Below, one piece after another: positions 23,995 through 53,542 of a stretch of 59,831 nucleotides of DNA. The notes below the pieces were generated by a model. That model was not told the origin of the DNA, searched no databases, and saw nothing but the letters and a program-made list of their open reading frames with translations. Location: positions 1-59,831 of the forward strand of contig CAXHJY010001115.1 of the NCBI GenBank assembly GCA_964016885.1, in the 5' to 3' direction. The number at the start of each line of letters is the position of its first letter. Position 1 is the stretch's first letter. The translations under genes and the position numbers were made by a program. The stretch is from Eledone cirrhosa. Its lineage: Eukaryota.

Positions 23995-25246
23995 GTGTAT
24001 ATATATATTTGTATGTGTATATATGTGTATATATATATTTGTATATATATATGTATATATATATATATATATATGTGTATATATGTGTATATATATATTT
24101 GTATATATATATGTATATATATATATATATATATATGTGTATATATATATTTATGTGTATATATATATTTGTATATGTATATGTGTATATATATATTTGT
24201 ATATGTATATGTGTATATATATATTTGTATATGTATATATATATGTAATTATGTATATGTATATATATATGTAATTATGTATATATATATATATAATTAT
24301 GTATATGTATATGTATATATATATATGTGTATATGTATATATATATATGTATATATATATATATGTAATTATGTATATGTATATATATATATATGTAATT
24401 ATGTATATGTATATATATATATATGTAATTATGTATATGTATATATATATATATGTAATTATGTATATGTATATATATATATATGTAATTATGTATATGT
24501 ATATATATATATGTAATTATGTATATGTATATATATATATGTAATTATGTATATGTATATATATATATGTAATTATGTATATATATATATGTAATTATGT
24601 ATATATATATATGTAATTATGTATATATATATATGTAATTATGTATATATATATATGTAATTATGTATATATATATATGTAATTATGTATATGTATATGT
24701 ATATATATATATGTAATTATGTATATGTATATATATATATATATGTAATTATGTATATGTATATATATATATATGTAATTATGTATATGTATATATATAT
24801 ATATGTAATTATGTATATGTATATATATATATATGTAATTATGTATATGTATATATATATATATGTAATTATGTATATGTATATATATATATGTAATTAT
24901 GTATATGTATATATATATATATGTAATTATGTATATGTATATATATATATATGTAATTATGTATAGGTATATATATATATATGTATATGTATATATATAT
25001 ATATGTAATTATGTATATGTATATATATATATGTAATTATATATATGTATATATATATATGTAATTATATATATGTATATATATATATGTAATTATATAT
25101 ATGTATATATATATATGTAATTATATATATGTATATATATATATGTAATTATATATATGCATAAGTATATGTAATTATATATATGTATAAGTATATGTAT
25201 TTATATATATATATATAAGTATATGTATTTATATATATATATATAA

Positions 25247-25277
<31 letters not shown>

Positions 25278-25366
25278 AGTATATGCATTTATAAATATAT
25301 ATAAGTATATCTATACATATATATAAGTATATGTATATATATATGCGTATATGTATATATATATGT
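23837..25366. repeat. Compound (TA)n microsatellite with TTTG and GTAATT units
   Basis: Direct reading. Confidence 0.96.
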
Positions 25367-25676
25367 GAAAATGGCGTAGGACAGAACAAAGGAGAGGCAC
25401 AGAAACAAAGAAAGGAATCCCCAGTCACTGAAGAGGTCACAGAGTGTGTGACGAAAGAACTATGACTATATATAAACAACTATCTGGTTGTGGAACCAAC
25501 CAACCAACCAGAAATTTATAAATTTGTAAATTTATAAATATATAATAAATTGAAGTGAAAGCAACTGGTGCGTGTGTTTCTTATTGGCAACATGACCCTC
25601 CCAAAGTATAACAATATCGGTTTCAACACACGATTTCAGATAAAGAATCTTGCTAAACAAATTCAGAAACGAAATG
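25367..25676 (+). mobile_element. Solo pseudo-LTR of a related Penelope-like family
   Basis: Shares AAAATGGCGTAG, the hammerhead and the ORF start (ATG 25592, [22 protein letters not shown]) with the ends of the 2807-7317 element ([22 protein letters not shown]). Confidence 0.8.
25423..25467 (+). ncRNA. Minimal type I hammerhead ribozyme
   Basis: AGTCA-CTGAAGA-G-GTCACA-gagtg-TGTGAC-GAAA-G-aa-C-TA-TGACT; stem I 5 bp, stem II 6 bp, minimal stem III, CUA cleavage triplet. Confidence 0.82.
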
Positions 25677-25879
25677 TATGTATATATATGTATATATACA
25701 TATATATATATAGGTATATGTATATGTATATGTATATATGTATATATATAAGTATATGTATATATATAAGTATATATATATATATAAGTATATATATATA
25801 TATATAAGTATATATATATAAGTATATATATATACATATATATATATATACATATACATATATAAGCGATAAGCACCAG

Positions 25880-26393
25880 GAAGTTTAGGGAGCTGCTTCC
25901 TCTGTTGACGAAGAAGGGTTTCTCCCTGCGTATGAAAGGCCGGTTGTATGATGCCTGTGTGAGGAGCGCAATGCTGCATGGTAGTGAGACATGGGCAGCA
26001 ACCACAGAGGATATGCGACGTCTGGAGAGAAATGAGGCAAGCATGCTCCGTTGGATGTGCGTGAACGACCCTGCATAAATGTGTTGAGAGAGAAACTGTG
26101 TCTGAGAGGGATAGAATGTAGTGTACGGGAGAGGAGATTGAGGTGGTATGGACATGTGATGCGCATGGAGGATGACCGATGGGTGAAGAAGTGCCAGGAA
26201 ATGCCAGTTGAAGGAAGACGTGGTAGAGGTAGACCACGAAAAACATGGGCGGAGGTGGTGAGAACAGACCTCAGATCATTGAAGCTCACGGTGGAGATGA
26301 CGAGGGACCGTGACGAGTGGAGAGATGCTGTGCTGAATAAGACCCGTCCCACCCTTGCAAGCAGGGAAAAGCGGACGTAAAATGATGATGATG
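25880..26393 (+). mobile_element. RTE LINE subfamily C, 3' fragment
   Basis: Near-identical to 54543-55074 apart from a small deletion; (GAT)n tail. Confidence 0.92.
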
Positions 26394-27950
26394 TATATAA
26401 GTATATATGTATATAAGTATATATGTATATAAGTATATATATATGTATATAAGTATATATATATGTATATAAGTATATATATATGTATATAAGTATATAT
26501 ATATGTATATAAGTATATATATATGTATATAAGTATATATATATGTATATAAGTGTATATATATGTATATAAGTGTATATATATATATGTATATAAGTGT
26601 ATATATATATATATATATAAGTATATGTATATATATGTATATATATATATATATATAAGTATATGTATATATATGTATATATATATATATATGTATATAT
26701 ATGTATATATATATGTATATAAGTATATGTATATATATATATATGTGTATATGTATTTGTATATATATGTGTATATGTATTTGTATATATATGTGTATAT
26801 GTATTTGTATATATATATGTGTATATGTATATATATATGTATATATATGTGTATATGTATTTGTATATATATGTGTATATATATGTGTATATATATGTGT
26901 ATATATATTTGTATATATATGTGTATATATATATGTATATATATGTGTATATGTATTTGTATATATATGTGTATGTATTTGTATATATATGTGTATATGT
27001 ATTTGTATATATATGTGTATATGTATTTGTATATATATATGTATATATGTGTATAAGTATATATGTGTATATGTATTTGTATATATATATGTGTATATGT
27101 ATTTGTATATATATATGTGTATATGTATTTGTATATATATATGTATATATATGTGTATATGTATTTGTATATATATATGTATATTTATATATATAAGTAT
27201 ATATGTGTATGTGTATATATATATATGTGTATGTGTGTATATATATATATATAAGTATATATGTGTATGTGTATATATATATATATATAAGTATATATGT
27301 GTATATGTGTATATATATATATATAAGTATATATGTGTATATGTGTATATATATATATATAAGTATATATGTGTATATGTGTATATATATATATATAAGT
27401 ATATATGTGTATATGTGTATATATATATATATAAGTATATATGTGTATATGTGTATATATATATATATAAGTATATATGTGTATATGTGTATATATATAT
27501 ATATAAGTATATATGTGTATATGTGTATATATATATATATAAGTATATATGTGTATATGTGTATATATATATATATAAGTATATATGTGTATATGTGTAT
27601 ATATATATATATAAGTATATATGTGTATATGTGTATATATATATATATAAGTATATATGTGTATATGTGTATATATATATATATAAGTATATATGTGTAT
27701 ATGTGTATATATATATATATAAGTATATATGTGTATATGTGTATATATATATATAAGTATATATGTGTATATGTATATATATATATATAAGTATATATGT
27801 GTATATGTATATATATATATGTGTATATGTATATATATATATGTGTATATGTATATATATATATGTGTATATGTATATATATATATGTGTGTGTATAGGT
27901 ATATGTATATATATATATATATAAGTATATATATGTATATATGTATATAT
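26394..27950. repeat. Compound (TA)n microsatellite with TAAG, TTTG and TGTG units (about 30-bp higher-order unit at 27250-27750)
   Basis: Direct reading. Confidence 0.96.
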
Positions 27951-28041
27951 AATGGAAAAATTTGAACAGGAACAAAACAGAGAGGCAGTACAATGAATGT
28001 TTATTAATTTCACGCTCTGGAGAGTGGGGTGGTGGTGGGGA

Positions 28042-28074
28042 ACGACGTTTCGGGCATAAGCCCTTCCTCAGGTG
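28042..28074 (-). ncRNA. Minimal hammerhead ribozyme motif inside a probable PLE remnant (27951-28632)
   Basis: Reverse complement CAC-CTGAGGA-A-GGGC-ttat-GCCC-GAAA-CG-TC-GT; palindromic ACGT stem III, GUC triplet. Confidence 0.72.
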
Positions 28075-28673
28075 AGAAGTGTGTGGGAACAGAGTTCAAA
28101 GGGTGTGTAGGGGAGTGGTGGAGAGACATATAGCGAAAGGAAACGGTGCGAATGAAATTAAAAATAAAAATAAAAGCATGATCAAAATAAACTGAAATTA
28201 AAAAAGGGTAAAACAGGTGGTGGGAGGGTGTAGGGGTGGTGGCGGGTGGAGTGGGGAGAGGGAGACGGCGTGTCCGAGCGGGGAGGGCTGAAGGTGGTGT
28301 GTGTGTATGTGAAAGTAAGGGTTGGGGGAAGAACGGGGTTGCATGTTCAGGAAGAGGTGTGTGTGTGGGGGGGGGGGGTTGTAGGTCAGTGTCTGTGCGT
28401 GTGTGGATAGAGGGGTGGGGGGAGAGGAATCAGGAGGCCGAGGGTGTAAATATGTGGTGGAAAGCACGTGTGTGTGGGGTTTAAATGTGCTGTGGGTGTA
28501 GGTGGCGTGTGGAGAAAAAAATTGTTTGGGGTGTGTGTGTGGGTGAGTTATATAGGTGATTCCGTAAGAGGATGGTTGAAATGTTGGTAAATTCCTATGA
28601 TGTTTAGTAGATTCCGTGGTGGTCAAGTTCCATATATATACATATGTATATATATATATATATATATATATTT

Positions 28674-31600
28674 ATGGATGGATGAGCTGGGAATACACGA
28701 GCAACTCTGAATCAATAGATGAAATATGAATCTGCGAGCTACCAAGCACCCACGTGAAGCGCCAACCCAGAGACCCTCCCCTACGAGTGTCGACAAATGC
28801 CCAAAACTCCGAGTTGGTACCATCAATGTAGGCTCAATGAAAGGAAGAGCAGGAGAAATCGTAGAAATGCTAGAGCGAAAGGAAGTTGATGTATGCTGTG
28901 TGCAAGAGACTAGATGGAGAGGAGGGTCTGCTAGAGTCCTTGTAGGAAAAAGCCAGTGCTACAAATTTTTCTGGGTGGGAAATGACGATGGGATGGGTGG
29001 TGTAGGTATACTATTAGCTGACAAGTGGGTAGATAAAGTAATCTCAGTGTACAGGGTAAATGCAAGAATCATTAAACTTAGACTAGTCCTGAATAAGACA
29101 ATTACCACAATAATATCAGCTTACGCACCCCAATCGGGGCTGCCAGACGAACTTAAGGATAGGTTTTACGAGTCCCTAATACACACTACTGCTCTAACAG
29201 ACGACAAGGACTTCCTAATCATTGCAGGAGATTTTAACGGACACGTAGGTAAACACTGCGACGGCTTCAATAGAGTACATGGAGGCCATAGAGTTGGCAC
29301 AAGGAATGAGGAAGGATTCAGACTTCTAGAATTCTGCGACGCCAATGACATGTCGATATGTAACACAAACTTTAAAAAACCCGACAACCACCTGATCACC
29401 TATAGATCAGGGGAGCACTCTAGTCAGTTAGATTTTATCCTCATCAGAGGACGTGACAGATGGACGGTCGTAAACACAAAAGCCTTCCCTAGTGAGGAAT
29501 GTACATCCCAACATAGCTTAGTTGTCAGCGACCTCACGGTCAGAACTAGACGAGCCCTGAAACAGAGGCCAACCTGGAGAAGAAAGATCTGGAAGCTGAA
29601 AGTCCCCTCAACCAGTAACAGATTTAAAGATATTTTACTCAACGCCTACGACAGTAAAGAAGAACAGATAGACATTTAACGTAGAAGAGAACTGGGAGTT
29701 CCTAAAAAATAACTTACTAGAGGCGACGGATGAGGTTTGTGGCTGGAGTAAGACCTCAAGCAGGAGGAGAGTGACTTGGTGGTGGAACAATAAGGTAGAT
29801 GAAGCAGTCAAGGCCAAGAGACAGGCATGGAAAGAATGGAAAAACGGGGGGAGCAGGGTACATTACATAGAGACCAAGAGGGAAGCTAGGCGACAAGTAT
29901 ACTTAGCTAGGAGGGAAGCAGAGGATAGAAAATTCAAGCATGTTTTACAACGTGAGGACCAGAAACAGGAGGTATTCAAGATTGCGAGGCAGTGTGTCAG
30001 AGATAGTTGTGATGTCATTGGAGAGAAGTGTATCCGGAATGATAAAGGTGAGCTTGCCCTCACAAGTGCTGAGAAGAAAGATGCATGGAAGAGTCATTAT
30101 GATAGATTACTAAATGAGGAGAATGCATGGGAAGAAGAGACCCTACCCCACGTAGACCCTATAGAGGGACCAGCAGTACAAGTCAGCGGCAGCGTAGTAA
30201 GTAAGGCAATCAGAGATATGAAAATAGGGAAGGCAACCGGTCCATCGGGTATAGCTGCCGAGATGCTGAAGGCATCTGGGTCTGTAGGTCACACTATAAC
30301 CACACGTATCGTTAACCAGGTAATACTAGAGGGGGCCATACCAAAAGATTGGTGCAGTAGCATCATTGTCAACTGCTACAAAGGTAAAGGCGATGCACTA
30401 GATAGAGGAAACTATAGAGGTATAAAGTTGATGGACCAGGTCATGAAAGTAACAGAAAGAGTTATAGCACAGCTGATTAGGGACCGGGTGAATATAGACG
30501 AGATGCAATTTGGGTTTGTACCAGGGAAAGGCACCACTGATGCCCTCTTCCTTGTGAGGCAATTACAGGAAAAGTACCTAGCTAAAAGTAAGCCACTCTA
30601 CTTGGCATTTGTCGACCTTGAGAAAGCCTTTGACAGAGTTCCACGTGCAGTAATCTGGTGGGCTCTTAGAAAACTAGGAGTAGATGAATGGCTTGTGAAA
30701 GCGGTACAAGCCATGTATAGGGGAGCAGTCAGCAAAGTTAGGATTGGCAATGAGTATAGCGAGGAATTTAGCGTACAGGTTGGGGTCCACCAGGGCTCTG
30801 TTCTTAGCCCTCTCCTGTTCATCATAGTCCTGCAGGCAATAACGGAGGAGTTTAAGACCGGATGCCCATGGGAACTCCTGTATGCTGATGACCTCGCACT
30901 CATAGCTGAATCTATGGTAGAACTAGAGAATAAATTCCAAACCTGGAAGCAGGGACTAGAGAGAAAGGGCCTCAAAGTCAACATGACAAAGACTAAGGTC
31001 CTTGTAAGTAGACGAGAAAACAGAACCCAGATCCCCTCAGGGAAATGGCCTTGCTCAGTATGTAGGAAAGGTGTAGGTAGAAACTCCATTCTCTGCCCCA
31101 AATGCAAACAATGGGTACACAAGAGATGTAGCGGGATCTCAGGAAGCTTAATTAAGAATGTAGGATTCACATGCAGCAGCTGTGCTGAAACAGCAAGCAA
31201 ACAGCCACAGGAAACAAGTACCACCAATCTCTGGGAGGGCCCTGTAGAAACAGTAGACAGCTTCTGCTACCTAGGTGACCGAATTAGCAACGGAGGTGGG
31301 TGCTCAGAAAGTACAATAACTAGGGTAAGAACGGGATGGAAGAAGTTTAGGGAACTACTACCACTGCTAGCTGCAAAAGGCTTCTCCCTCAGAATGAAAG
31401 GCAGACTGTATGATGCGTGTATCCGAACAGCGATGTTGCATGGTAGTGAGACCTGGGCGCTGAAGGTGGAAGACTTACGTAGATTAGAGAGAAACGAAGC
31501 CTGCATGCTCCGATGGATGTGTAACAGTAATATACGTGAACGACAAAGCATAAAGGAATTGAGAGAGAGACTGAGCATAAGAGGAATCAAATGCTGCGTG

Positions 31601-32158
31601 CAGGAGAGGCGGTTACGCTGGTATGGACATGTGATGCGTATGAAGGATGACAGCTGCATAAAAAGGTGCAGAGCACTAGAAGTTGATGGAAACCGCGGAG
31701 TGGGGAGACCCAAGATGACTTGGGATGAGGTGATAAAAGCCGACCTTACCCAACTACACCTCTCAAAGACAATGACACACGACCGTGACTTCTGGCGTCA
31801 CGCAGTAATACAGGGTACCCGACCTCCCATGGGTACATGCTGAAGCATATAAACAATATGCCCCCCCCCCCCCCCCCCCCCTCCACCGCAAGGTGGCCGT
31901 GGAGGTGCCACGGCAAAAAAGCACCCAGCCCACACTGTAAAGTGGACGTGTAGGCGCCACGAAAAAGCACCCAGCACTCACTGTAAATGAGGTTGGTGTT
32001 AGGAAGGGCATCCAGCTGTAGAAATCAAGCCAGATCAGTTCCTGTATGAGCAAGGCATGGTCAGCCGACCAGACACTGCCCACAACAGGACAACCCGTCT
32101 AACCCATGCTAGCGTGGAAGAACGGACGTAAAACGGTGATGATGATGATGATGATGAT
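28674..32158 (+). mobile_element. RTE LINE subfamily B, near full length, one frameshift
   Basis: APE domain (VCCVQETRW, SAYAPQ, GDFNGH, SQH) at 28726-29679 and RT to 31843; 2-bp deletion near 29670 relative to the 50003-53299 copy; (GAT)n tail. Confidence 0.96.
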
Positions 32159-32270
32159 ATGTATATATATAAGTATATATGTATATATATAAGTATATAT
32201 GTATATATATAAGTATATATGTATATATATAAGTATATATATAAGTGTATATGTATATATAAGTATATAT

Positions 32271-32430
32271 TGTAAATGAGGTTGGTGTTAGGAAGGGCAT
32301 CCAGCTGTAGAAATCAAGCCAAAATCAGTTTCTGTATGAGCAAGACATGGTCAGCCGACCAGACACTGCTCACAACAGGACAATCCGTCTAACCCATGCT
32401 AGAATGGAAGAACGGACGTAAAACGATGAT

Positions 32431-32432
<2 letters not shown>
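32271..32432 (+). mobile_element. RTE-B 3' UTR fragment
   Basis: Diverged repeat of 31982-32140. Confidence 0.8.
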
Positions 32433-32465
<33 letters not shown>

Positions 32466-32499
32466 GTGAGATTAGAAATGATGTCAGTAATTTAGCCTG

Positions 32500-32790
32500 A
32501 AAGTAGGTGTCCAGTACAGCTCAATTCTCAGACCCGTTCCTGGTGCTCATCGCTTATCCTGTGGCATTAAGCGACTGAAATTACAAGACTTCTCTTTGGA
32601 CAGGATGCTAGTTCATCGCAGAATTAAACCTCCAGCTATTGCTGGTACTTATTTGCAGCTGAGTATACTGGAGCAATGGGAAATGAAGTGTTTTGCTCAA
32701 GAACACAAAACGCAATCCAGTCCAGGAATAGAACCCACAACATTATGATTGTAAACCCAACGCCCTTACCACGAGGCTTCAAGCCTCCCC
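32500..32790 (-). mobile_element. tRNA-derived SINE (different family)
   Basis: Reverse complement has a tRNA-like head (GGGTTCTATTCC B-box) and shares TTGAGCAA..CACTT...TTGCTCCAGT.TACTCAGCTG with the 34091 SINE. Confidence 0.55.
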
Positions 32791-32910
32791 ACACTTTGCA
32801 TCTGCTACATATGAAATCATTCTTGTCTGAGGCCCCTATATCTCATGTACACCCACAGTTGATACCAAGTCAATATTAATTTTTCATTCTTTCTTTTGTC
32901 AGACTTTAGA

Positions 32911-48802
<15,892 letters not shown>

Positions 48803-49029
48803 GTAAGTTTGCTTTCTTTTTATTTTGTGTTTGTAAACTTTGTTTAGTTTTAATGCCAGCCATTCTGCCTGGCCTTATGTAGAGGGACCTGTTTGAAAAA
48901 TATATTGCAATCTAATGCCGCAAAAACTGGCAATGGCAGAAATGGGGTCCGCCCCAAAGGGTCTTTAGAGTAACGTTATTCGATAGCTCAGAGGTCAGTC
49001 ATTTCAGGTAGAGCCACTACTTCTGAATT

Positions 49030-49240
49030 AAGAGATCACAGCTCCGATACTGTGGACATGTGGTTAGAATGTCTCAGGAAAGAATCACTGGACAGATTTT
49101 AGGGACAAAACCAACCAGTAGGAGACTCGGGGGGTAGACCCCAAGCAAGATGGTTGGCTAACATCCATGAGCTTCGCTGGTCTCGCTTGAGGATTCAGCC
49201 GGATCAATTGGAGACAGTTGCTTCTGACAGGACACGTAGG
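49030..49240 (+). mobile_element. Old RTE-type 3' fragment (related - strand piece at 39870-40085)
   Basis: LRYCGHVVRMSQERITGQIL...GRPQARW. Confidence 0.6.
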
Positions 49241-49354
49241 TAGTTAGTCCATTGTTTTATGATCGTTTCAGATGGTTGACTGATTGATGGAGATCAATGT
49301 ATTGATTATCAGGCAGTGGTTTAACCACTACCATATTTCTAGCCTTGAAATCCC

Positions 49355-49391
49355 TATATATACATATATATATATATAATATATATATATA

Positions 49392-49434
<43 letters not shown>

Positions 49435-49590
49435 TATATATTATATATATATTTATATATATATATATTATTTATATATTATATATTATTTATATATTAT
49501 TTATATATTATATATATATTTATATTATATATTATATATATTATATATATTTATATTATATATATTATATATATTATATATATTATATAT

Positions 49591-49644
<54 letters not shown>

Positions 49645-49756
49645 TATATTATATATATTATATATATTATATATATATATATATATTATATATATATATT
49701 ATATATATATATATATATTATATATATATATTATATATATATATTATATATATATA

Positions 49757-49799
<43 letters not shown>

Positions 49800-50002
49800 A
49801 TATTATATATATATATTATATATATATATATTATATATATATATTATATATATATATATTATATATATTATATATATATATTATATATATATATTATATA
49901 TATATATTATATATATATATATATTATATATATATATATTATATATATATATTATATATATATATATATTATATATATATATTATATATATTATATATAT
50001 AT
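49355..50002. repeat. (TA)n microsatellite with TT interruptions
   Basis: Direct reading; same style at 53300-53542, 55075-55780 and 57031-57350. Confidence 0.96.
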
Positions 50003-53000
50003 ATCATCATCATCATCACCGTTTTACGTCCGTTCTTCCACGCTAGCATGGGTTAGACGGGTTGTCCTGTTGTGGGCAGTGTCTGGTCGGCTGACCATGC
50101 CTTGCTCATACAGGAACTGATCTGGCTTGATTTCTACAGCTGGATGCCCTTCCTAACACCAACCTCATTTACAGTGAGTGCTGGGTGCTTTTTCGTGGCG
50201 CCTACACGTCCACTTTACAGTGTGGGCTGGGTGCTTTTTTGCCGTGGCACCTCCACGACCACCTTGCGGTGGGGGGGGGGGGGGGGGGGGGGGGCATATT
50301 GTTTATATGCTTCAGCATGTACCCATGGGAGGTCGGGTACCCTGTATTACTGCGTGACGCCAGAAGTCACGGTCGTGTGTCATTGACTTTGAGAGGTGTA
50401 GTTGGGTAAGGTCGGCTTTTATCACCTCATCCCAAGTCATCTTGGGTCTCCCCACTCCGCGGTTTCCATCAACTTCTAGTGCTCTGCACCTTTTTATGCA
50501 GCTGTCATCCTTCATACGCATCACATGTCCATACCAGCGTAACCGCCTCTCCTGCACGCAGCATTTGATTCCTCTTATGCTCAGTCTCTCTCTCAATTCA
50601 TTTATGCTTTGTCGTTCACGTATATTACTGTTACACATCCATCGGAGCATGCAGGCTTCGTTTCTCTCTAATCTACGTAAGTCTTCCACCTTCAGCGCCC
50701 AGGTCTCACTACCATGCAACATCGCTGTTCGGATACACGCATCATACAGTCTGCCTTTCATTCTGAGGGAGAAGCCTTTTGCAGCTAGCAGTGGTAGTAG
50801 TTCCCTAAACTTCTTCCATCCCGTTCTTACCCTAGTTATTGTACTTTCTGAGCACCCACCTCCGTTGCTAATTCGGTCACCTAGGTAGCAGAAGCTGTCT
50901 ACTGTTTCTACAGGGCCCTCCCAGAGATTGGTGGTACTTGTTTCCTGTGGCTGTTTGCTTGCTGTTTCAGCACAGCTGCTGCATGTGAATCCTACATTCT
51001 TAATTAAGCTTCCTGAGATCCCGCTACATCTCTTGTGTACCCATTGTTTGCATTTGGGGCAAAGAATGGAGTTCCTACCTACACCTTTCCTACATACTGA
51101 GCAAGGCCATTTCCCTGAGGGGATCTGGGTTCTGTTTTCTCGTCTACTTATAAGGACCTTAGTCTTTGTCATGTTGACTTTGAGGCCCTTTCTCTCTAGT
51201 CCCTGCTTCCAGGTTTGGAATTTATTCTCTAGTTCTACCATAGATTCAGCTATGAGTGCGAGGTCATCAGCATACAGGAGTTCCCATGGGCATCCGGTCT
51301 TAAACTCCTCCGTTATTGCCTGCAGGACTATGATGAACAGGAGAGGGCTAAGAACAGAGCCCTGGTGGACCCCAACCTGTACGCTAAATTCCTCGCTATA
51401 CTCATTGCCAATCCTAACTTTGCTGACTGCTCCCCTATACATGGCTTGTACCGCTTTCACAAGCCATTCATCTACTCCTAGTTTTCTAAGAGCCCACCAG
51501 ATTACTGCACGTGGAACTCTGTCAAAGGCTTTCTCAAGGTCGACAAATGCCAAGTAGAGTGGCTTACTTTTAGCTAGGTACTTTTCCTGTAATTGCCTCA
51601 CAAGGAAGAGCGCATCAGTGGTGCCTTTCCCTGGTACAAACCCAAATTGCATCTCGTCTATATTCACCCGGTCCCTAATCAGCTGTGCTATAACTCTTTC
51701 TGTTACTTTCATGACCTGGTCCATCAACTTTATACCTCTATAGTTTCCTCTATCTAGTGCATCGCCTTTACCTTTGTAGCAGTTGACAATGATGCTACTG
51801 CACCAATCTTTTGGTATGGCCCCCTCTAGTATTACCTGGTTAACAATACGTGTGGTTATAGTGTGACCTACAGACCCAGATGCCTTCAGCATCTCGGCAG
51901 CTATACCCGATGGACCGGTTGCCTTCCCTATCTTCATATCTCTGATTGCCTTACTTACTACGCTGCCGCTGACTTGTACTGCTGGTCCCTCTATAGGGTC
52001 TACGTGGGGTAGGGTCTCTTCTTCCCATGCATTCTCCTCATTTAGTAATCTATCATAATGACTCTTCCATGCATCTTTCTTCTCAGCACTTGTGAGGGCA
52101 AGCTCACCTTTATCATTCCGGATACACTTCTCTCCAATGACATCACAACTATCTCTGACACACTGCCTCGCAATCTTGAATACCTCCTGTTTCTGGTCCT
52201 CACGTTGTAAAACATGCTTGAATTTTCTATCCTCTGCTTCCCTCCTAGCTAAGTATACTTGTCGCCTAGCTTCCCTCTTGGTCTCTATGTAATGTACCCT
52301 GCTCCCCCCGTTCTTCCATTCTTTCCATGCCTGTCTCTTGGCCTTGACTGCTTCATCTACCTTATTGTTCCACCACCAAGTCACTCTCCTCCTGCTTGAG
52401 GTCTTACTCCAGCCACAAACCTCATCCGTCGCCTCTAGTAAGTTATTTTTTAGGAACTCCCAGTTCTCTTCTACGTTAAATGTCTCTATCTGTTCTTCTT
52501 TACTGTCGTAGGCGTTGAGTAAAATATCTTTAAATCTGTTACTGGTTGAGGGGACTTTCAGCTTCCAGATCTTTCTTCTCCAGGTTGGCCTCTGTTTCAG
52601 GGCTCGTCTAGTTCTGACCGTGAGGTCGCTGACAACTAAGCTATGTTGGGATGTACATTCCTCACTAGGGAAGGCTTTTGTGTTTACGACCGTCCATCTG
52701 TCACGTCCTCTGATGAGGATAAAATCTAACTGACTAGAGTGCTCCCCTGATCTATAGGTGATCAGGTGGTTGTCGGGTTTTTTAAAGTTTGTGTTACATA
52801 TCGACATGTCATTGGCGTCGCAGAATTCTAGAAGTCTGAATCCTTCCTCATTCCTTGTGCCAACTCCATGGCCTCCATGTACTCTATTGAAGCCGTCGCA
52901 GTGTTTACCTATGTGTCCGTTAAAATCTCCTGCAATGATTAGGAAGTCCTTGTCGTCTGTTAGAGCAGTAGTGTGTATTAGGGACTCGTAAAACCTATCC

Positions 53001-53299
53001 TTAAGTTCGTCTGGCAGCCCCGATTGGGGTGCGTAAGCTGATATTATTGTGGTAATTGTCTTATTCAGGACTAGTCTGAGTTTAATGATTCTTGCATTTA
53101 CCCTGTACACTGAGATTACTTTATCTACCCACTTGTCAGCTAATAGTATACCTACACCACCCATCCCATCGTCATTTCCCACCCAGAAAAATTTGTAGCA
53201 CTGGCTTTTTCCTACAAGGACTCTAGCAGACCCTCCTCTCCATCTAGTCTCTTGCACACAGCATACATCAACTTCCTTTCGCTCTAGCATTTCTACGAT
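50003..53299 (-). mobile_element. RTE LINE subfamily B with an uninterrupted 992-aa APE-RT frame, slightly 5'-truncated
   Basis: ORF 50312-53290; near-identical to 28858-32158; (GAT)n tail. Confidence 0.97.
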
Positions 53300-53542
53300 A
53301 TATATTATATATATATATTATATATATTATATATATATATATATTATATATATATATTATATATATTATATATATATATTATATATATATATTATATATA
53401 TATATTATATATATATATTATATATATATATTATATATATATATTATATATATATATTATATATTATATATTATATATATATATTATATATATATATATT
53501 ATATATATTATATATATATATTATATTATATATATATATTAT

